32,000 nt of DNA from Candidatus Iainarchaeum sp. (lineage in GTDB: Archaea; Iainarchaeota; Iainarchaeia; Iainarchaeales; CSSED10-239), in contig JAQVTI010000009.1 in NCBI GenBank assembly GCA_028700115.1, positions 4,841 to 36,840 on the forward strand, given 5' to 3'. Below are positions 17,346-23,715 of this stretch, piece after piece. How positions within the stretch are numbered: the first letter of the stretch is position 1; every line of letters starts with the position of its first letter. The notes under the pieces were generated by a model, which was not told the DNA's origin, did not search any database, and saw nothing but the letters and a program-made list of their open reading frames with translations. The position numbers were made by a program, and so were the translations under genes.

Positions 17346-17779
17346 AATTCTTCTAAAATATTAATGGTTTTTTCTAAATTATAATTTATAAATAAATTAT
17401 CTCTTTTATTTTTATAATTTTTTATTAATTTATTTATATTATCGTTAATTAATATTGGATCACAATTTAGAAATAATAATTTTTTACAGTTATTATAAAA
17501 ATATGTGGTTAACAATAAATTATCTAGTATGTTATAATTTATTTTAACAAAAGTATTTACCGATAAAGGATAAATTAAAATTAAATTTGGTTTTGGAATT
17601 GAATTAATATTACTCCATTCTATTTTTCTATTTTTTAAAAATTTGAATTTATTTAAATTAAATAAATTATATGAATTATTTGAAATACAATAATATACTT
17701 TATTTTTTTTAAGGATATTGTTAATTTTATCTAAATTCAATATATTTTGACCAGCACAAACTAAAACATATATAATCAT
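17342..17779 (-). CDS. divergent flavoprotein-family (HFCD/EpiD/Dfp-N-like) homolog, putative
   Basis: LILIYPLSVNTFVKINYNILDNLLLT aligns by eye with the (P)ASANT..KiAnGiaDnLLt core of the Flavoprotein family. The N-terminal IIYVLVCAGQN strand-loop is degenerate. Confidence 0.4.
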   Translation of the reverse strand: MIIYVLVCAGQNILNLDKINNILKKNKVYYCISNNSYNLFNLNKFKFLKNRKIEWSNINSIPKPNLILIYPLSVNTFVKINYNILDNLLLTTYFYNNCKKLLFLNCDPILINDNINKLIKNYKNKRDNLFINYNLEKTINILEEL

Positions 17780-18108
17780 AAATTATCAATTGTAATGGTT
17801 TTTTTATTAAAATCAATTATTAATTTTTTATTATTTTTAAACAAATTTATATTATCTACTTTTATTAAAAATATTTTTTTTTCTCTAGCAAATATACTCA
17901 TGTGACTTAAATAACTTCCATTTTCAATAATTCCCCCTAATGAATAAAGTAAATATGGAGAATCCATAGGGGTTAGGGATTTAGAAATTAGAATTTTATC
18001 TTTAATTTTATTTAAATTTGTATTATTTTTTAAAATCAAAGATTTTCCAGAAATTATTTTTGTCATATTAGATTTACTTAATATTTCAAATTTAATTTTA
18101 TTTATCAT
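17776..18108 (-). CDS. stand-alone PEP-utilizing-enzyme mobile (swivel) domain protein, divergent
   Basis: ILISKSLTPMDSPYLLYSLGGIIENGSYLSHMSIFAREKKIFLI keeps the spacing and the SH...AR core of the swivel-domain His motif. Confidence 0.7.
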   Translation of the reverse strand: MINKIKFEILSKSNMTKIISGKSLILKNNTNLNKIKDKILISKSLTPMDSPYLLYSLGGIIENGSYLSHMSIFAREKKIFLIKVDNINLFKNNKKLIIDFNKKTITIDNL

Positions 18109-18111
18109 TTA

Positions 18112-18993
18112 TTATTCCTCTAAAAGATATTTTATGAAGTTATGTGTATTTTTAATTACTTTTGTTTTATTTTCAATAAATATACTTGCATCTTTATCAG
18201 TATCTACATTTAAATATTTGTTTACATCTAAAATATATTTATTTTTTAAATTAATATGAGTTGTGAATTGGTTATAAACATAATTAACTTTATCTTTATT
18301 TAATTTTAATTTTATATTTTTTTTAAGATTTATTAAATGTAGTGATAATTCATTTATTAATTTATTTGGATTTATGGTTTTATTATTTTTCATAATTAAA
18401 AAATCATTTATTTCTTCTACTTTAAATATATGTCCAAAAAAGCTAATATCTGGTTTTTTTATATAATTACTTATTAAAATATATTTTTGATTATTAATAT
18501 TATATTCTCTATATAATTTCCCATTAAATGTGTATATGTTAAATCCAACTCCTCTAAAAATTGGAAAATAAATTTCATTTAAATTATCTAATAAAAATAC
18601 TGTAGAATAATATAATTCTCTATTTTTAATAAATCTACCTAATTTTAAGTCTTTATTTGGATTTAATTTTAAATCCATTGTTTTTTCTAATGTTATGTCT
18701 TCATATTTATCAATTAAATAAGTTATTATTTTTTTAAAATATTTTTTTTGTGTAATTTTATTTGTTTTTTTATTTATTAACATTAGTAAATATGATCTTA
18801 ATTCAAAAAAAGAAATATTTGATATATTATTATCAATATAATCTTTAAGATATGGTGTGAAATTTTCTGCGAATATATTAGAAATTATGGTTGATGATAA
18901 TGGCCAATTATGAATTGTAGAACCAGATATACATAGATAAAACATATCTTTACTTATTTTATTACAAATTTTATTTATTAATTTCTTTTCCAT
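18112..18993 (-). CDS. hypothetical protein, family X (paralog of 3218..4225)
   Basis: ATG 18993 (MEKKLINKICNKISKD...) preferred, 1 nt after the upstream stop. Shares C(N/K)KI(S/A)KD...WP(L/F) and FFGH motifs with the locus-A ORF. Confidence 0.6.
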   Translation of the reverse strand: MEKKLINKICNKISKDMFYLCISGSTIHNWPLSSTIISNIFAENFTPYLKDYIDNNISNISFFELRSYLLMLINKKTNKITQKKYFKKIITYLIDKYEDITLEKTMDLKLNPNKDLKLGRFIKNRELYYSTVFLLDNLNEIYFPIFRGVGFNIYTFNGKLYREYNINNQKYILISNYIKKPDISFFGHIFKVEEINDFLIMKNNKTINPNKLINELSLHLINLKKNIKLKLNKDKVNYVYNQFTTHINLKNKYILDVNKYLNVDTDKDASIFIENKTKVIKNTHNFIKYLLEE

Positions 18994-18994
18994 G

Positions 18995-19561
18995 TTATTC
19001 TGCCTTATATTTAAGTAATATATATTTATTTTCTTTAAAATAAATTTCAACACCAATATTTATTAAATCTATTGCCCTTATAGGTAATAAATTTTCACAT
19101 AAAATTTTATTTTTGTAATTATTAGATAAATTTTGCCAATAATTATTTATAAATTTATTATATTCTAAATTACTTAATTTTTTCTTAATTTTATTTAGGA
19201 TTTCAGTTTCTTTTTTTTTATTAATTGAAATTATATGATAAAAAATACCTTTGTCTTTTAATAATGATTTACATTTTTTAATAAATTTTATGCCATTATT
19301 TTTGAAATATATATCATTAAATAAATTTACTGAATATATTATATCATATTTTGTTTTATTAAAATTATATTTTAAAAAATCTGATTTTATATAATGTATT
19401 TTTTTTGTTTTTAAATTATTTATTTGAATTAAATCTAATAAAGTTATTTTATGGCCTTTATTTAATAATTTTAAATAGTTTTTATTGTTATTAACCCCTA
19501 TTTCTAATATATTTAAATTTAAAGTACTTGAAATATCATTATATATAATATCATATAACAT
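18995..19561 (-). CDS. class I SAM-dependent methyltransferase, putative
   Basis: Degenerate motif I ILEIGVNNN, an acidic residue after beta-2 (TLLD), YDIIYSVNLF and LLKDKGIFY are in the order expected for Rossmann methyltransferases. Confidence 0.5.
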   Translation of the reverse strand: MLYDIIYNDISSTLNLNILEIGVNNNKNYLKLLNKGHKITLLDLIQINNLKTKKIHYIKSDFLKYNFNKTKYDIIYSVNLFNDIYFKNNGIKFIKKCKSLLKDKGIFYHIISINKKKETEILNKIKKKLSNLEYNKFINNYWQNLSNNYKNKILCENLLPIRAIDLINIGVEIYFKENKYILLKYKAE

Positions 19562-20696
19562 ATTTATCTTTTATTTTTATGATTTTGTTAAATAATTTAT
19601 TGGTTACCGTACATAAAGGATCTGATCCTAAAAGTTCTTGTGCATAGATACAACCTCCATATCTTGCACACAAAGAATTATTTTTCAAATAACAATTTTT
19701 ACAATCGTTTATTTTATAAGAATTATATAATTTGTTTTTTATATTATATATTTCTTTTAAATCATTAATAAACTTTATATTTCCTAATTTATGTTTTTCT
19801 AAACCTACAAATCTATTACATAAGTAAATGTCTCCATTATTATTAATACCTAACATATTATCTTTAGTAATACAACTAGTAGTAAATCTACAATTAGGTA
19901 AAGGCATATTAAAAAAAATAGCATCAATATAACTATCAAAATCTTTTATAGTAATTTTTTTATTTTCTAAATAATAGTTAAAACAATCGTATAAGAATTG
20001 CACATATTTATTAACTAAATTATTATCTACAATATTTTTTCCTCTTCCTACTGGATACATTAAATTTATTTGTAAATCTACATTTAAATTATTATAAAAA
20101 TCTATGTAATTTATAGGTTTTATTTTGTTTACAGTAAAATTATTTAATGTAGATAATACATTAAATTTATTCTTATTTTTTTTAAGTATATTAATACCTC
20201 TTATAACTTGATTAAAAGAACTAAAATCATTTTTATTAACTCTATATTTGTCATTAATAAATTTTGGTCCATCTAAACTTACCCCTATAGCAAAATTATT
20301 TTTTTTAAAAAATTTAGAATAATCTTCATCTATTAAAGTTCCATTTGTTTGAATTTTATTTACAAAATGAATATTTTTTGGGAATATATCTTTTTGTAAA
20401 TCAATTATATTTTTATAAAAATCTAACCCAGCTAAAAGTGGTTCTCCTCCATGCCAGGCATATTCTAAAGTTAGAAATCGCGGATTATATTTTTTGACTT
20501 TATTTATATCTTTTTTAGAATATATTGAATTTATATAATCTAAATTTTTATAAAATTCATTAATAGTTAAATTAAATATTTTTTTAATTACATCTATAGA
20601 TATTAAATCATATTTTTGATTGTATGAACCGTATGTATAACAATATTTACAATTTAAATTGCATGCATTTCCAACAGGTCTTATTGAATATCCCAT
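19551..20696 (-). CDS. radical SAM/SPASM enzyme (anSME / peptide-maturase-like)
   Basis: CNLNCKYCY at residues 12-20, WHGGEPLL, IQTNGTLI and VSLDGP motifs. C-terminal Cys-rich CKNCYLKNNSLCARYGGC plus upstream Cys. Confidence 0.85.
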   Translation of the reverse strand: MGYSIRPVGNACNLNCKYCYTYGSYNQKYDLISIDVIKKIFNLTINEFYKNLDYINSIYSKKDINKVKKYNPRFLTLEYAWHGGEPLLAGLDFYKNIIDLQKDIFPKNIHFVNKIQTNGTLIDEDYSKFFKKNNFAIGVSLDGPKFINDKYRVNKNDFSSFNQVIRGINILKKNKNKFNVLSTLNNFTVNKIKPINYIDFYNNLNVDLQINLMYPVGRGKNIVDNNLVNKYVQFLYDCFNYYLENKKITIKDFDSYIDAIFFNMPLPNCRFTTSCITKDNMLGINNNGDIYLCNRFVGLEKHKLGNIKFINDLKEIYNIKNKLYNSYKINDCKNCYLKNNSLCARYGGCIYAQELLGSDPLCTVTNKLFNKIIKIKDKYVI

Positions 20697-20704
20697 ATTA
20701 TTTT

Positions 20705-20851
20705 TTAATATCCATCTACATATTCATCAGCACCGTGTGCTGTTTTTCTAACTAAATCAAAATAGATATTGTCTTTATCTAATTTATTTTTTTTAAGTAA
20801 TTCATAATTTTTAAACCTACATTTTATTGCATTTGATTCAATTTTAGCCAT
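20705..20851 (-). CDS. 48-aa leading small ORF, candidate precursor peptide (absent from ORF track)
   Basis: Hand translation: MAKIESNAIKCRFKNYELLKKNKLDKDNIYFDLVRKTAHGADEYVDGY. AGGAGG lies 9 nt upstream of the ATG. The stop is 8 nt before the radical SAM/SPASM ATG. It is the first gene of the locus-B operon. Confidence 0.45.
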   Translation of the reverse strand: MAKIESNAIKCRFKNYELLKKNKLDKDNIYFDLVRKTAHGADEYVDGY

Positions 20852-20934
20852 AAATTGATTCCTCCTAAATGTTTTTATTAGTATACATAAGGTTTTTATA
20901 TGTTTCTTTTAAATTTTATTACTTTTTCAATTAA

Positions 20935-21612
20935 TTTTTTAGTTTCTGGATCATTATAAAAATCAGAAACACAAAGGCAGATATTATTAATTTAGTTAGA
21001 GTAGAAACACCTGAAATACCAGAACCTGCTTTAAGGGAATCAATATTAAATGCAATGATTCATAGAAATTATTTTATTCAAGGAAGAATATTAATAGAAA
21101 TTTATGAAAATAGAGTGGAAATATTAAATCCTGGAAAACTATTATTTGATCCAAAAGAATTTGGTAAAGTAAGTGTTTCAAGAAATCCTATATTAGCAGA
21201 TTGTATATTAAGAACTAGTTTGATAGAAAAGATAGGTTCTGGTGTTAAAAGAATTAGAAAATTAGTTCCAAATGTTAAGTTTAATATAGATACAGATTGG
21301 TTTAGTGTTATATTTAAAAGAGATATATCTACTAAAGTGGATAGTAAAGTAAGTGTGGATGCCGGTATAAATGCACCTGTAAATGCACCTGTAAATGCAC
21401 CTGTAAATGCACCTGTAAAATTAAATAATTTACAATTAAACATTATAACAGAAATACGAAAAAATAAAAATATAACTTATGATGATTTAAGTAATATATT
21501 TTCTATACATAGAACTACAATTATGAGAAATATTTCTAAATTAAAGAAATCAGGAATATTAGAAAGAATTGGATCTGATAAAACAGGATTTTGGAAAGTA
21601 AATAAAATTTAA
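20935..21612 (+). pseudogene. 5'-truncated remnant of a RecG-like (HATPase_c_4 + C-terminal wHTH) putative transcriptional regulator
   Basis: The frame is open from 20935 with no start until M at 21055. ALRESILNAMIHRNY...NPG...SRNPILADCILRTSLIEKIGSGVKRI matches the C-terminal half of this family. The N-terminal AlbA_2-type half is missing. Confidence 0.6.
21369..21416 (+). repeat. perfect 12-bp x4 tandem repeat (aaatgcacctgt) encoding (NAPV)4
   Basis: Read directly. Lies in the linker before the C-terminal wHTH of the truncated regulator. Confidence 0.95.
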
Positions 21613-21689
21613 ATTTAACTATTAGAAATTTTTCAATAGTTTAAAAAGAAAGCAATAGAAATATATATTTTTATATTTTATAAAAAAAT

Positions 21690-21850
21690 ATTTTTAAAAA
21701 TCATAATAATATTAACTTACCATAATCTGTTAAAGAAAGATTTCTATTAATTTCATTAACTAGTCCTTTTTCTTTAAAATCTCTTATATTATTATAAACT
21801 GCAGTTCTTCCTAAAGTTTTATTATTTGCAAGTTCTGAAAGAGTTATTTT
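21690..21850 (-). pseudogene. duplicated fragment of the 3' end (wHTH part) of the 22228..22835 gene
   Basis: 161 bp near-identical to 22217-22383, with a few substitutions and one 6-nt indel. Encodes ...LSELANNKTLGRTAVYNNIRDFKEKGLVNEINRNLSLTDYGKLILL with no N-terminal part. Confidence 0.75.
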
Positions 21851-21864
21851 AGATTAAATTTTAT

Positions 21865-21990
21865 AAATTTTTAATTTTATTTATAAGTTTGTGCCTTGCA
21901 AAATATGTTTTATCAAAACACACTTAAATATTACACATAATAATAATATACATTATAATATCATATATTATATCTAGAGATGACCATAAT
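21865..21990 (+). promoter_or_regulatory. conserved 5' element, copy 1 (upstream of the exonuclease fragment)
   Basis: aaatttttaattttattta.aa.tttgtgcYttgcaaaatat...acacttaaa...tacacataataat...atagagatga...ATG is shared with 29701-29802. Similarity stops at the start codon. Confidence 0.6.
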
Positions 21991-22224
21991 ATGAAAAAAT
22001 TATATTTTGATGTTGAAACTACAGGTTTAAATCCAGAAAAGCACGGTTTAATTCAATTTTCAGGAATAATTGAAATAGATGGTGAAATTAAAGAAAAATT
22101 TAATTTTAAAATAAAACCATTTGACTCTGATTTAATTGAAGAAAGTGCATTAAATGTAAATAATATAAGTAGAGAAGAACTTAATTTATTTACAGAGCCT
22201 AATTTTATAAAAAAAGATTTTTAA
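21991..22224 (+). pseudogene. 3'-truncated DnaQ-like DEDD 3'-5' exonuclease
   Basis: 77 aa with Exo I motif YFDVETTGL and GLIQFSGII. Exo II/III regions are absent. The stop codon lies inside the 22217-22383 repeat copy. Confidence 0.6.
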
Positions 22225-22227
22225 AAA

Positions 22228-22835
22228 TTATAATAATATTAACTTACCATAATCTGTTAAAGAAAGATTTCCATTAATTTCATTAACTAGACCTTTTTCT
22301 TTAAAATCTCTTATGTTATTATAAACTGCAGTTCTTCCTAGTTTTTTATTATTTGAATTTGCAAGTTCTGAAAGAGTTATTTTCTTTTTAGAAATAGTAC
22401 TTAATAGATCATATGCATTTTTATTAATCTCAAAAGAAAGTTTAGGAATTGAAATCATTTTATTTATTTCTTGAGTAAAATATAATATTTCTTTTATTTT
22501 ATTACTTCTTGCATAACAACCAAGCATAATACCAATAGACTTTGTTTTTCTTCCAGAAGTAATATCTCTATATATATTTCATTAATATCTTCATTATATA
22601 CTTTATCTATTTCTTTAATAATTTCCTTTGCGATTTCATAAACTTCATAAACAGAAGTTTTAATTTCTTTAAATTTAATATGTTTAAATGTGTTTTTTAG
22701 TTTTTCTTTAGCTTCTTTTTGATGTTCATCTGGTTTTTTGTCTATTATTAGATAAATCTCTTCAGGATTTATCTTTGTAATAGCTCCAACCATTGGAGTA
22801 AAAGAATATGTGTTTGTGAATAATATTTTTTTCAT
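22228..22835 (-). pseudogene. Csa3-like (Rossmann/CARF-like N-domain + C-terminal wHTH) regulator, frameshifted
   Basis: The 113-aa and 99-aa ORFs overlap in different frames. The second frame upstream of its Met reads NIYRDITSGRKTKSIGIMLGCYA (DxTxGxK-type loop). The switch falls in the tatatata run at about 22566-22578. Confidence 0.45.
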
Positions 22836-22860
22836 ATTAAATCTTTTTTAAATTATATTT

Positions 22861-22952
22861 TAATTGGTAACTATATTGTATTTTAATTGGTAACTATATT
22901 GTATTTTAATTGGTAACTATATTGTATTTTAATTGGTAACTATATTGTATTT
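22861..22952. repeat. four perfect tandem copies of a 23-bp unit (taattggtaactatattgtattt)
   Basis: Copies at 22861, 22884, 22907 and 22930, plus a partial fifth (taattaat) at 22953. Located 25 nt upstream of the minus-strand ATG at 22835. Confidence 0.95.
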
Positions 22953-23016
22953 TAATTAATAGTAATTGTTTTTAAAAAAGTATTTATTTTTGTAAAAAAA
23001 TACATTTTTTTAAGAA

Positions 23017-23199
23017 CTAGTTTATTAAATCGTATACTAGAGTTAATCCTTTTTTTGTAAGAACTATGATTTTTCCTTTTTTACTATCTTTGTTTTTTAT
23101 AGAAATTAGACTTAGTTTTTCTAGATCTTTTATATTTCTAGAAACATTAGATATATCTATGTTTATAGTTTTTGCAATCTCAGATATAGTTTTAGGCAT
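23017..23199 (-). CDS. small winged-HTH protein (ArsR-like), possibly the 3' part of a frameshifted longer gene (to 23324)
   Basis: TISEIAKTINIDISNVSRNIKDLEKLSLISI is an HTH. The frame stays open upstream without a start (..DYETLGKVISSPNKKKILFSLT). An ATG at 23324 is in another frame, across an A7 run at 23291-23297. Confidence 0.5.
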   Translation of the reverse strand: MPKTISEIAKTINIDISNVSRNIKDLEKLSLISIKNKDSKKGKIIVLTKKGLTLVYDLIN

Positions 23200-23715
23200 A
23201 GTTAGAGAAAAAAGTATTTTTTTCTTATTAGGAGAAGAAATAACTTTACCTAGAGTTTCATAATCTGTTTTGATATCTTTATATTTAAGGTTTTTTTAGA
23301 ATTTTTCTCATCTTTATTTATCATTATATAATATATTATATTTTGTAATAAAAAGGTTTTGTTAATTTGTTAACTTATAGTTATTAATTAATTGTAGTTT
23401 ACTTGTAAGATTTAAAAAGGTTTTGGTACTTAAATATAGATTATATGTTGATTGAAAATAAACAAGTTCACTTTTTTGTGAACAAAGAAGTTTATTTTAA
23501 AAAAATTAAAAAAGGGGATTTTTTAAGAAAAGAAATTAATTTGTAAGGTTATTTTAGAATATATTTTTTTATTCATAGATTTATTTGTTAGCCAGAATAG
23601 ATTTACCTTTTTTTTATATATGTTCTAGAAGATCTTTAATTTAGTTTATTTTTTATAAAAATTTAAAAAAATTAAAATATTCAAAAAAATTATTTAAAAT
23701 ATGGAGGGTATTTAA

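Noticed and set aside
22861-22952. Possible CRISPR array
   Set aside because: The 23-bp units are contiguous with no spacers, and no cas genes are present. It is treated as a tandem/iteron-like repeat instead.
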